This document shows positions 27,031 to 36,125 of a stretch of DNA of 64,000 bases, piece by piece; positions within the stretch are counted from its first letter, which is position 1, and each line of letters begins with the position of its first letter. Origin of the DNA: an uncultured Clostridia bacterium (lineage in GTDB: Bacteria; Bacillota; Clostridia; Christensenellales; Borkfalkiaceae); NCBI GenBank assembly GCA_947625245.1, contig CANQNO010000003.1, positions 1,915 through 65,914 on the forward strand, given 5' to 3'. The notes below the pieces were generated by a model. The model saw only the letters and a program-made list of their open reading frames with translations. It ran no database searches and was not told where the DNA came from. The position numbers and the translations under genes were made by a program.

Positions 27031-30000
27031 ATGATTTACAGGGTTTTTGTTGAAAAAAAGAATAATTTACATGCCAAACAGATCGCGGCGGATATCCGCA
27101 ACCTCTTAAAAATCGAGGTTGGGGACGTGCGCAGGCTTTTGCGTTACGACGTAGACGGTATCTCCGAACGCGAATTCAAAGAGGCTGTGCCCTGCGTGTT
27201 CTCTGAACCTCCCGTAGACGACGTGTACTTCGGCGAGGTAAATTTACCCGCGGATTACAGTGTCTTTGCAACCGCGTATCTCACGGGGCAGTACGACCAG
27301 CGTGCGGACAGTGCGGCGCAGTGCGTACAGCTTCTCACCCAAAAGGAAAAGCCGCTTGTAAAATGCGCGATAGTTTACGCCGTAAAAGGTGTAAACGAGG
27401 AGCAACTCGAAAAAATAAAACGTCACCTCATTAACCCAGTTGAAAGCGAAGAAGTGCCGCTTAGCATGCCCATCTCTTTAAAACATGAGACGGTGGAAGC
27501 CCCCGACGTGAAAGAAATAGAGGGCTTTACTGATTTCGGCGCCGACGAAATAAAGGAATATCACAAAAAGACGGGAACGGCAATGTCCGTGGAGGATCTG
27601 CTGTTCGTGCGCGATTATTTCAAAAAAGAGGGGCGCAACCCCACCGAAACCGAAATAAAAGTAATAGATACATACTGGTCCGACCATTGCCGCCATACCA
27701 CATTTTCCACAGAGCTCAAAAACGTGGGGATTACGGGCGACAACAAGCGGATTGCGGAAGCGTGGGATTTATATCTTAAATTGTTCGAAGAACTCTACAA
27801 AAACCGCCCCGAAAAATATCCCTGTTTTATGGATATAGCCACGATCGCCGCAAAAAAACTGAAAAAAGAGGGCAAGCTATCCAATCTCGACGAGTCGGAC
27901 GAGATAAACGCCTGCTCCATTAAAATAGACGCCGTGCTGGACGGGAAACCCGAAAAATACACGGTGATGTTCAAAAACGAAACGCACAACCACCCTACCG
28001 AAATAGAACCTTTCGGCGGCGCGGCGACCTGTTTGGGCGGCGCCATACGCGACCCGCTTTCGGGCAGGACGTACGTTTTGCAGTCTATGCGCGTCACGGG
28101 TTGCGCGGATCCGACCGAACCCATAGAAAACACTCTTGCGGGCAAATTGCCGCAGCGCATAATCACAAAGACGGCTGCGGCGGGATTTTCTTCTTACGGC
28201 AACCAGATAGGTCTTGCCACGGGTCAGGTAGAGGAAGTATACCACCCCGGCTATAAGGCTAAGAGACTCGAAACGGGTTTTGTGGTGGGCGGCGCGAAGT
28301 CCTGCATGATTTACCGCGAAAAGCCCGCCGAAGGCGACGTCGTTATTCTTTTGGGCGGCGAAACGGGCAGGGACGGTTGCGGCGGCGCGACAGGCTCGTC
28401 CAAAGCCCACGACAAAAAATCGGTGCAGACCTGCGGGGCGGAAGTCCAAAAGGGCAACGCTCTCACGGAACGAAAACTCCAACGCCTGTTTTTAAACAAG
28501 GCTGCAACCACAATGATAAAAAAGTGCAACGACTTCGGCGCGGGCGGCGTGTCCGTGGCGATAGGCGAACTTGCCGACGGGCTTGAAATTTATCTCGACC
28601 GCGTTCCCAAAAAGTACGAAGGGCTTTCGGGCACCGAACTTGCCATCTCCGAATCACAGGAGAGAATGGCGGTGGTAGTATCGCGCCGGAACGTCGATAA
28701 ATTCATAGCGCTTGCCGCCGCGGAAAATCTTGCGGCGACGCCCGTTGCGGTTGTCACGGGCGACAGAAGGATGAAAATGTTCCACCGCGGCAAGGCGATA
28801 GTGGATATTTCGCGTGATTTTTTGGATACGAACGGGGTAAAACAGGAGACGGACGCCCTTATAGCGGAAAATACTACAAAATTTTTCGGCGCTCCCTCAA
28901 AAAAACCGTTTGCAGCCGCCGCGCGCGAAACTCTTTCCTGCCTTAACGTTTGTTCCAAAAAAGGACTTGCCGAAATGTTCGATTCCACTATAGGCGCAAA
29001 GTCCGTGTATATGCCTTTCGGCGGAAAATACCAGATGACGCCCGTAATCGCCATGGCGGCAAAGCTCATGGGCGGAGAGACGGACGATTGCACGGTTTCG
29101 GCTTACGGGTACAACCCCGACCTCATGGCGGGCGCACCTTTTACGGGTGCGGTTTATTCCATAGTCGCTTCGGTGTCCAAAATAGTTGTGGCGGGCGCTG
29201 ATTATAAGGATATACGCCTGTCGTTGCAGGAATTCTTTATGAAACTGCGCGAGGATAAAAGGCGCTGGGGAGTACCTCTTTCGGCGCTTTTGGGCGCATT
29301 GTACGCGCAAATCGGGCTTGATTTGGGCGCAATAGGGGGCAAGGACAGCATGAGCGGAAGCTTTGAGGACATTGACGTGCCGCCCACACTGATTTCCTTT
29401 GCGCTTGCGCCTTCCAAAGCTTCGCGGCTTATAACCAACGTGCTTACGCAAAAGGGGCAGAAGTTGTATTTCTTGCCCGTCAAAAAGGATAAGTATTTTA
29501 TTCCCGATTTCGGCTATCTCAAAAAACTGTATGAAGCGGTAAACAAAAATATTTCAAGCGGCAACATAACTTTTGCCACTGTTGCCGAAAAGGGCGGAAT
29601 TTTTGCGGCGGTTGCAAAATCTTGTTTCGGCAACGGTTTGGGATTTGAATTTACGGCGGATTACGGAACAATATTTGCAGAGCATTACGGCGAAATAATA
29701 GTTTGCGCAGAAGATATAGAAAAACTCGGCGCCGATTACATAAAAATAGGCGAGACCAAAGAGGGCGGCTTTACCCTCGGCGGCGAGAGTATACCGTATT
29801 CCGAAGCGCTTTCGGCGTATACGTCGCGGCTGGACGGAGTATTCCCCGCTACCGCGCCCGCAGACGGTGAAGTTCCCTGTTGCGACTTCGCAGATGCGGG
29901 AAAATATACGGGAATTTCCGTAAAGACGGCAAAGCCCCGCGTATTTATCCCCGCTTTTCCGGGCACGAACTGCGAGCTCGATACGGCGCGCGCCTTTGAC

Positions 30001-30729
30001 AGGGCGGGGGCGGAGACCGAAATTCTCGTAATTAAAAACCGCACTCCTTCGGACATTGAAGAGAGCGTAAAAGCCATAATAAAAGCTATAGGAAAGGCGA
30101 ACATAATCGCTTTCCCGGGCGGCTTTTCGGGCGGCGACGAGCCTGACGGTTCGGGCAAATTCATTGCTACGACCTTTAAAAACCCTGCCGTGTCCGAAGA
30201 GATCATGAAGCTTTTAAATAAGCGCGGAGGGCTTGTCCTCGGTATCTGCAACGGTTTTCAGGCGTTAATTAAATTGGGGCTCGTGCCTTACGGCAAAGTG
30301 TGCCCGCTTACCGAAAACTCGCCCACGCTTACCTACAACAATATATCAAGACACATTTCCACAATCGCAAATATCCGCGTGGCTTCGGTAAAGAGCCCGT
30401 GGCTTTCGGCTTGCAAAGTCGGCGAAGTTTACGCCGTTCCCGTATCGCACGGCGAGGGCAAGATAGTGGCGCCCGTAAAAGAGCTCGAACTCATGAAAAA
30501 GAACGGGCAGATTGCAACGCAGTATGTCGATTTAAAGGGTGCGCCCACTATGGAAAGCCCGTATAATCCCAACGGAAGCATGTGGGCGATAGAGGGCATA
30601 ACCTCTCCCGACGGCAGAATTTTCGGTAAAATGGGTCACGCCGAAAGAATGGGCGAAAATCTTTATAAAAATTATGACGGCAATTTCGATATGAAAATAT
30701 TCGAAAGCGGTGTAAAATATTTCAAATAA
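27031..30729 (+). CDS. purL: phosphoribosylformylglycinamidine synthase, single-chain (clostridial-type large PurL)
   Basis: 1232 aa. Synthetase domains plus a C-terminal glutaminase (GICNGFQAL, VSHGEG). No separate purQ/purS nearby. Confidence 0.9.
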   Translation: MIYRVFVEKKNNLHAKQIAADIRNLLKIEVGDVRRLLRYDVDGISEREFKEAVPCVFSEPPVDDVYFGEVNLPADYSVFATAYLTGQYDQRADSAAQCVQLLTQKEKPLVKCAIVYAVKGVNEEQLEKIKRHLINPVESEEVPLSMPISLKHETVEAPDVKEIEGFTDFGADEIKEYHKKTGTAMSVEDLLFVRDYFKKEGRNPTETEIKVIDTYWSDHCRHTTFSTELKNVGITGDNKRIAEAWDLYLKLFEELYKNRPEKYPCFMDIATIAAKKLKKEGKLSNLDESDEINACSIKIDAVLDGKPEKYTVMFKNETHNHPTEIEPFGGAATCLGGAIRDPLSGRTYVLQSMRVTGCADPTEPIENTLAGKLPQRIITKTAAAGFSSYGNQIGLATGQVEEVYHPGYKAKRLETGFVVGGAKSCMIYREKPAEGDVVILLGGETGRDGCGGATGSSKAHDKKSVQTCGAEVQKGNALTERKLQRLFLNKAATTMIKKCNDFGAGGVSVAIGELADGLEIYLDRVPKKYEGLSGTELAISESQERMAVVVSRRNVDKFIALAAAENLAATPVAVVTGDRRMKMFHRGKAIVDISRDFLDTNGVKQETDALIAENTTKFFGAPSKKPFAAAARETLSCLNVCSKKGLAEMFDSTIGAKSVYMPFGGKYQMTPVIAMAAKLMGGETDDCTVSAYGYNPDLMAGAPFTGAVYSIVASVSKIVVAGADYKDIRLSLQEFFMKLREDKRRWGVPLSALLGALYAQIGLDLGAIGGKDSMSGSFEDIDVPPTLISFALAPSKASRLITNVLTQKGQKLYFLPVKKDKYFIPDFGYLKKLYEAVNKNISSGNITFATVAEKGGIFAAVAKSCFGNGLGFEFTADYGTIFAEHYGEIIVCAEDIEKLGADYIKIGETKEGGFTLGGESIPYSEALSAYTSRLDGVFPATAPADGEVPCCDFADAGKYTGISVKTAKPRVFIPAFPGTNCELDTARAFDRAGAETEILVIKNRTPSDIEESVKAIIKAIGKANIIAFPGGFSGGDEPDGSGKFIATTFKNPAVSEEIMKLLNKRGGLVLGICNGFQALIKLGLVPYGKVCPLTENSPTLTYNNISRHISTIANIRVASVKSPWLSACKVGEVYAVPVSHGEGKIVAPVKELELMKKNGQIATQYVDLKGAPTMESPYNPNGSMWAIEGITSPDGRIFGKMGHAERMGENLYKNYDGNFDMKIFESGVKYFK

Positions 30730-30763
30730 TTCCGGCCGGGAAAAAGGTTGAAGAGGTGAATTT

Positions 30764-31222
30764 ATGAGATGTATGTATTGCGGGTGCGAGGACAGCAAAG
30801 TTATAGACAGCCGTTCGGCGGACGAGGGCAGAACAATTCGCCGCCGCCGCGAATGTGTGAACTGCGGCAAGCGCTTCACAACTTACGAGACTATTGAGGA
30901 TACCCCCGTTCTCGTAATTAAATCCAGCGGGTTAAGGCAGGCTTTCGATCCTCAAAAAATCAAAAACGGCATAATAAAGTCCTGTGAAAAGCGGCCCGTT
31001 TCGCTCACTTCGATAGACGAAATAGTGTCCGCCGTCACCAAAAAAGTATATAACTCTATGGAACAGGAAATCTCTTCCAAAGTCATAGGGGAAATGGTAA
31101 TGGAGGAGCTTAAAAAGGTGGACGAAGTGGCATATGTGCGCTATGCGAGCGTATACCGTTCTTTCAAAGACATCACAAGCTTTATGGAAGAACTCCAAAA
31201 AATGATGGAGAGCAAAAAATAA
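30764..31222 (+). CDS. nrdR: transcriptional repressor NrdR
   Basis: Zn-ribbon MRCMYCG...CVNCGKRFTTYE followed by an ATP-cone. Confidence 0.9.
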   Translation: MRCMYCGCEDSKVIDSRSADEGRTIRRRRECVNCGKRFTTYETIEDTPVLVIKSSGLRQAFDPQKIKNGIIKSCEKRPVSLTSIDEIVSAVTKKVYNSMEQEISSKVIGEMVMEELKKVDEVAYVRYASVYRSFKDITSFMEELQKMMESKK

Positions 31223-31228
31223 AACGTT

Positions 31229-31260
31229 GCAGACAGTGAATTTCACTGTCTGCTTTAAAA
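31229..31260 (+). terminator. hairpin / weak terminator after nrdR
   Basis: 10-bp stem GCAGACAGTG / CACTGTCTGC with a 5-nt loop, then TTTAAAATC (short T tract). Confidence 0.45.
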
Positions 31261-31264
31261 TCAT

Positions 31265-32320
31265 ATGTCAAAAAACACCAAAAAAATAAAAATCGGCGAC
31301 GTTTATATCGGTGGCGGCGAAACCGTAAAAATTCAATCCATGTGCACTGTGCGTACGTCCGAAGTCGGCTCCGTCGTGGCGCAGATCAAGCGGCTGGAAG
31401 AGGCGGGGTGCGAAATCGTCCGCGTTTCCGTTTTAGACGAAAAGGACGCCGCGGCTATCGCCGAAATAAAAAGACAAATACATATCCCGCTTGTGGCGGA
31501 TATACATTTTTCCGCGCGGCTCGCGGTAGCCGCTATCGAAAACGGTTGCGACAAGGTGCGCATAAATCCCGGCAATATAGGCGGCGAAAAAGAGATAAAG
31601 CTTGTTGCCGACTGTATAAAAGCTCATAAAATTCCTGTACGCGTGGGCGCAAACACCGGGAGCGTCGAAAAGGAATTTTTTGAAAAATACGGAAAAAACG
31701 AATACGCTTTGGTAGAGAGCGCGTTGAAGAGCGTCTCTACGCTCGAAAAATACGGTGTTAGCGACATTGCGGTTTCCGTAAAGGCGTCCGACGTGCCTTT
31801 GACCGTAAAGGCGTACAGGCTGCTTTCTTCGCGCACGGATTATCCCCTGCACATAGGGGTTACCGAAGCGGGCACGGAGCGCATGGCGGTAATCAAGTCG
31901 GCTGCGGCGCTGGGTTCGCTTCTTATCGACGGCATAGGCGATACGTTGCGGGTATCCGTTACGGGCGATCCCGTAAAGGAAGTGAAAGCCGCGCGCGATA
32001 TCCTGCATGCCGTAGGCGCGGATAAAAATTTTGTGGACGTGATATCCTGCCCCACGTGCGGCAGGTGCCGCTGGAATTCCATGGAACTTGCCCAAAAGGT
32101 GAGCGCGCATGTGGAGCATTGCCGCAAAAAACTTAAAATTGCCGTAATGGGTTGCGTCGTCAACGGACCGGGCGAGGCGAAAGACTGCGATTTGGGCATA
32201 GCCGGCGGAGACGGGTACTGCCTGATATTCAAAGGCGGGGAGATTATAAAAAAGGTGTCCATGTCCTCGGCTGAAGAACAATTCTTCAAGGAGATCGACA
32301 AACTTACAGATGAACGTTGA
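31265..32320 (+). CDS. ispG: 4-hydroxy-3-methylbut-2-en-1-yl diphosphate synthase
   Basis: VQSM, RVSV, NPGN and the CPTCGRC Fe-S motif. 351 aa. Confidence 0.9.
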   Translation: MSKNTKKIKIGDVYIGGGETVKIQSMCTVRTSEVGSVVAQIKRLEEAGCEIVRVSVLDEKDAAAIAEIKRQIHIPLVADIHFSARLAVAAIENGCDKVRINPGNIGGEKEIKLVADCIKAHKIPVRVGANTGSVEKEFFEKYGKNEYALVESALKSVSTLEKYGVSDIAVSVKASDVPLTVKAYRLLSSRTDYPLHIGVTEAGTERMAVIKSAAALGSLLIDGIGDTLRVSVTGDPVKEVKAARDILHAVGADKNFVDVISCPTCGRCRWNSMELAQKVSAHVEHCRKKLKIAVMGCVVNGPGEAKDCDLGIAGGDGYCLIFKGGEIIKKVSMSSAEEQFFKEIDKLTDER

Positions 32321-33842
32321 CGTAGTGGAGGCGGTGCGCGCCTCGTCCGACAATTTAAAAAACGCAATTCTGCGTTCGGTCACGGTTGACGGAAAGATCC
32401 GCAAAGCCGAAGTGAACCTTATTACGGATTGCACTTTTACGGACGCCGACGTTCAGAGCGCGGCGCGCGCTTTAAAGCCTTTCGTACCCGGCTATTTCAG
32501 TTGCGCCGTAACCATTTCCAAACTTTCGCCCGATTGCGAAATGATAAAAGACAAAATAGCCGAAATCATACGCCTTAATTTCGTTGCCGTAGCATCTTCG
32601 CTGAAAGAGGATGACATAAGCGTGGAAAAGACCGATAACGGCTTCAAGTACAAGGTATGCGTATTGCCTTTCATGCGCTCTGCGGGCGGCATCTGCGAAA
32701 AAATAGACGATATTCTTAAAAAAAGTTTTTGCGGCAATTTTGAGGGCGAATGTGTATTTTCTTCGTCCTGCGAAGATCTTAAGGTTGAGGAAAAGCCCGA
32801 CGAGCCCGAATTCATAATCCCCGTAAGAAGCTTTCCCATCGAAGAGTTTGAATTTTTGGAAGGAACAAAAAAACAGACTTCCGCGGTATACATGGCGGAC
32901 TTGAATTTTGCTGCGCAGGAAGTGGTATTGTGCGGCACGATAGAGGATATCCGCGAAAGAACCTACACAAACAAGAGCGGTGCGGAAAAGACCTATCTCA
33001 ATTTGGTTGTTTCAGATACCACCGCTTACGTGACCGCCACGTATTTTATCAGGCAGAAGAGTTACGATAAAATTAAGTCGTTAAAACCGGGCGACAGCAT
33101 AGTTTTGACGGGCGTAAACGAGGATTTTAAAGGCAACTTGCGGTTTACTGCCAAATTCATAGATTACGGAAGAACTCCAAAGGGTTTCGCGCCCGTAAAA
33201 AGAGCTTCCAAACCCGTTCCGCTTAACTATCACCACGTATTTCCGCACCCTTTCACGGATATCGAACAGACAGATATATTTACCAAAGCGATTATTCCCG
33301 ACTGTCTCAAAAGCAATACTTTCGTCGTGTTCGACCTCGAAACGACGGGCTTGAATTCTTCCCCCGCTTCGGGAAATATGGACAGGATAATCGAAATCGG
33401 CGCGTACAAAGTGGAAAACGGAGAAATTACGCAGTGTTTTTCCACTTTTGTAAACCCGCAACGCAAGCTCTCGCAGGAAATAGTAAAACTTACGGGGATA
33501 AGCGAAGAAATGCTGAAAGACGCGCCCACCTGCGAAGAAGTCATGCCCGACTTTTATAAATTCTGTTACGGCAGTATCCTCGTCGGGCACAATATTGTAA
33601 ACTTCGACTACAAATTCGTCGATTACTATTGCGGCAAGTCGGGCTATAATCTTGAAAGAAAAATCATAGATACCTTTCCTTTGGCGCAGGAATTACTGTT
33701 TTTGTCAAACTACAAGCTGAATACCGTCGCTGATAAATTCAACATAACTTTCAACCATCACAGGGCGACGGATGACGCCCTTGCAACCGCAAAAGTGTTC
33801 ATAGAACTTATAAAAATGAAAAAAACTTTGCCAAGGCTTTGA
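32310..33842 (+). CDS. PolC-like N-terminal/OB-fold domain fused to a DEDDh 3'-5' exonuclease (no PHP or polymerase domains)
   Basis: Exo I FVVFDLETTGL, Exo II VGHNIVNFDYKF, Exo III HHRATDDALAT. Upstream OB-like VVLCGTIEDIRERTY..KTYLNLVVSDTT..VTATYF..GDSIVLTG. Occupies the polC slot before rimP-nusA. Confidence 0.7.
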   Translation: MNVDVVEAVRASSDNLKNAILRSVTVDGKIRKAEVNLITDCTFTDADVQSAARALKPFVPGYFSCAVTISKLSPDCEMIKDKIAEIIRLNFVAVASSLKEDDISVEKTDNGFKYKVCVLPFMRSAGGICEKIDDILKKSFCGNFEGECVFSSSCEDLKVEEKPDEPEFIIPVRSFPIEEFEFLEGTKKQTSAVYMADLNFAAQEVVLCGTIEDIRERTYTNKSGAEKTYLNLVVSDTTAYVTATYFIRQKSYDKIKSLKPGDSIVLTGVNEDFKGNLRFTAKFIDYGRTPKGFAPVKRASKPVPLNYHHVFPHPFTDIEQTDIFTKAIIPDCLKSNTFVVFDLETTGLNSSPASGNMDRIIEIGAYKVENGEITQCFSTFVNPQRKLSQEIVKLTGISEEMLKDAPTCEEVMPDFYKFCYGSILVGHNIVNFDYKFVDYYCGKSGYNLERKIIDTFPLAQELLFLSNYKLNTVADKFNITFNHHRATDDALATAKVFIELIKMKKTLPRL

Positions 33843-33860
33843 TAAAATGCCTTAAAAATG

Positions 33861-33889
33861 TTGCAATTTGTTTTGTTTGGTGTTAAAAT
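33861..33889 (+). promoter_or_regulatory. extended -10 sigma-A promoter of the rimP-nusA-infB operon
   Basis: TTGCAA (33861-33866), 17 nt ending in TGt, then TAAAAT (33884-33889). Confidence 0.6.
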
Positions 33890-33917
33890 AAACGTGACCT
33901 TAATAGTAATGTTAAGA

Positions 33918-33941
33918 TTGAGTGCCTTGCGGGGCACTCAA
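33918..33941 (+). promoter_or_regulatory. leader hairpin upstream of rimP (candidate attenuator)
   Basis: TTGAGTGCC / GGCACTCAA 9-bp stem with a 6-nt loop, followed by the interrupted T tract TACTTGTATT. Confidence 0.4.
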
Positions 33942-33962
33942 TACTTGTATTAGAGGAATTAA

Positions 33963-34421
33963 ATGGACGTAAAGCCTATATCCGAAATCCGCACTTTTTT
34001 GCAGAACATAGCCGAGCCTATGGGTATAGAGATTGTCGACGTGGAGTGGAACGACAGCCAATGCTCGCTTACCGTATTTATAGAAACGGAAAAGGGCGTG
34101 GATTTAGACACCTGCGAAAAATTTCACAACGCCATAATGGAACCTATCGACGAGCTCGACCCCACTTACGACAAGCCGTATACTCTTAACGTCTCCAGCC
34201 CGGGGCTCGACAGACCGTTCAAAACCGAAAGGGACTTCGAGCGGAACATGGGCAAAGAAGTCGAAATAAAACTCTACGCCCCTCTCAAAGGCAAAAAATA
34301 TCTCGAAGGCTTTCTTACGGCATACGACAAAAACAGTGTGACCGTAAAGACGGAAGCGGAAGAGCAGAAAATTCCTCTCAACAAAATAGCAAAAATAAAC
34401 AAAGCCATCAAATTTGAATAA
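33963..34421 (+). CDS. rimP: ribosome maturation factor RimP
   Basis: 152 aa. Pattern ...VEW......L.VFI....GV.LD.C......I...LD......Y.L.VSSPGLDRP. Position before nusA. Confidence 0.85.
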   Translation: MDVKPISEIRTFLQNIAEPMGIEIVDVEWNDSQCSLTVFIETEKGVDLDTCEKFHNAIMEPIDELDPTYDKPYTLNVSSPGLDRPFKTERDFERNMGKEVEIKLYAPLKGKKYLEGFLTAYDKNSVTVKTEAEEQKIPLNKIAKINKAIKFE

Positions 34422-34449
34422 AAGCCCGATAATCGGCAGGAGAATAAAA

Positions 34450-35553
34450 ATGACTAAAAAAGAAATAGAAAAAGATTTTTTCCCCGCGCTTGCAGACCTT
34501 GAAAAAGAAAAGGGAATATCGCAGGAAGTTTTTTTGGAAGCGTTGAAAAACGCGCTCGTTTCGGCATGCAAAAAGCAGTTTGCGGGTGAAACGGGTCAGG
34601 TCGATATCCGCCTCAACCCCGAAAAGGGCACGATAGATTTCTTTATAGTGAGAAACGTCGTGGAAGAAGTGGAAAACCCCGACACCGAAATTTCGGTGGA
34701 AGACGCGCGGAAAATCAAAAAGAGCTATAAGGCGGGTGACACGGTATACGAAAAGTTCGTGCCCGAAAATTTCAGCCGCATAGCCGCGCAGACCGCAAAA
34801 CAGGTTATTCTTCAAAAGATTCACGAAACCGAACGTGACGCCGCTTTAAATGAGTTTTCCGATAAAGAGGGCGAACTCCTTGTAGGCGTTATCCGCAAAA
34901 TCGACGCCAAAAACGTATACGTCGAATTGGGTAAAGGACAGGTTGAGGGGCTAATGCTTCCCGGCGACCAGGTTCCGGGCGAAAAATACAACGTAAACGA
35001 CAAAATCAAAGTATTTGTAAAGAGGGTAAAAAACGGTTACCGCGGCGCGCAGGTGCTCGTCAGCCGTTCGGCTCCCGGGCTTGTTAGAAAGCTGTTCGAG
35101 GAAGAGGTTCCCGAAATAAAGCAGGGAACGGTAGTAATTAAGGAATTGAGCAGAGAAGCCGGCGCCCGCACCAAAATGGCTATCTACTCCGAGGACGAAA
35201 GAGTGGACGCCATCGGCGCATGCGTGGGCAACAAGGGCGCGCGCGTAAACGCGGTAGTGGAAGAGCTGCACGGCGAAAAAATAGATATAATTCCCTGGAG
35301 CGAAAACCCGCTTGAATTTATCGCCAAAGCTCTTTCGCCCGCAAAGGTCATTTCCGTAACCCAGCTCGAAGGCGAAAAGACGGCTATGGCTGTTGTGCCG
35401 GACGACAAGCTTTCGCTCGCGATAGGCAAAGACGGTCAGAACGCCCGCCTCGCCGTGAGGTTGACGGGCTGGAAAATCGACGTAAAAAGCCTTTCGGCGG
35501 CGCAAAAATTGGGAATAGATACCGAAACGGAAGAAAAGGACAATGCCGAATAA
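34450..35553 (+). CDS. nusA: transcription termination/antitermination factor NusA
   Basis: NTD, S1 (GELLVGVIRKID.KNVYVELG) and two KH domains (CVGNKGARV, AIGKDGQNARLA). SD AGGAGA before ATG 34450. Confidence 0.95.
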   Translation: MTKKEIEKDFFPALADLEKEKGISQEVFLEALKNALVSACKKQFAGETGQVDIRLNPEKGTIDFFIVRNVVEEVENPDTEISVEDARKIKKSYKAGDTVYEKFVPENFSRIAAQTAKQVILQKIHETERDAALNEFSDKEGELLVGVIRKIDAKNVYVELGKGQVEGLMLPGDQVPGEKYNVNDKIKVFVKRVKNGYRGAQVLVSRSAPGLVRKLFEEEVPEIKQGTVVIKELSREAGARTKMAIYSEDERVDAIGACVGNKGARVNAVVEELHGEKIDIIPWSENPLEFIAKALSPAKVISVTQLEGEKTAMAVVPDDKLSLAIGKDGQNARLAVRLTGWKIDVKSLSAAQKLGIDTETEEKDNAE

Positions 35554-35818
35554 AAAAATTCCGTTAAGGCAGTGCGTCGCTTGCAGGGAGCTTAAAGAAA
35601 AGCGTGAGATGTTGCGCGTCGTAAAAAATGCCGACGGCAAAATCTTTATAGATTTTTCGTTTAAGGCTCCGGGGCGGGGCGCATATGTCTGCAACAATGC
35701 GGAATGCGTAAAAAAACTTAAAAAGAACAGGATTTTGAACAAGGTATTTTCCTGTGCCGTTGACGACACGGTCTATGCCGCCGTCGAGGAGGAATGCTTT
35801 GGCAAAAAGCAAGGTTGA
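35543..35818 (+). CDS. ylxR: YlxR/RnpM family RNA-binding protein (DUF448)
   Basis: PLRQCVACRE...K.EMLRVV....G...D...K.PGRGAYVC pattern. Overlaps the nusA stop. Confidence 0.85.
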   Translation: MPNKKIPLRQCVACRELKEKREMLRVVKNADGKIFIDFSFKAPGRGAYVCNNAECVKKLKKNRILNKVFSCAVDDTVYAAVEEECFGKKQG

Positions 35819-36119
35819 AACCTATATAGGCTTTTGCATAAAGTCGGGAAAAATAACTTTCGGTTCGGGCGCGGTGGACACGCTAAAGAGCGATGTGTAT
35901 CTGATATTGCTAAGCGCGGACGCGGCGCAAAACACCCGGAAGCTTGCCGTCAAATTCAAAAACAGGCACAAATGTCCTCTGTTGATATGTCATGGCGACT
36001 TTGAAAGAATTGTCAATAGGGCGGGGTGCAAAATCGCCGCCGTGCGGGACAGGGGGCTTGCAAAAGCCATCACCGAAAATACGGACAGCGATTACGAAAT
36101 ATATGCCGGAGGCACTTGA
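35799..36119 (+). CDS. ylxQ: L7Ae-family ribosome-associated protein YlxQ
   Basis: IGFCIKSGKITFGSGAV.....K..LILLSADA..NT.K motif. TTG 35799 lies 6 nt after GAGGAGG; the ORF-track start 35754 overlaps ylxR extensively. Confidence 0.7.
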   Translation: MAKSKVETYIGFCIKSGKITFGSGAVDTLKSDVYLILLSADAAQNTRKLAVKFKNRHKCPLLICHGDFERIVNRAGCKIAAVRDRGLAKAITENTDSDYEIYAGGT

Positions 36120-36125
36120 TTATAT

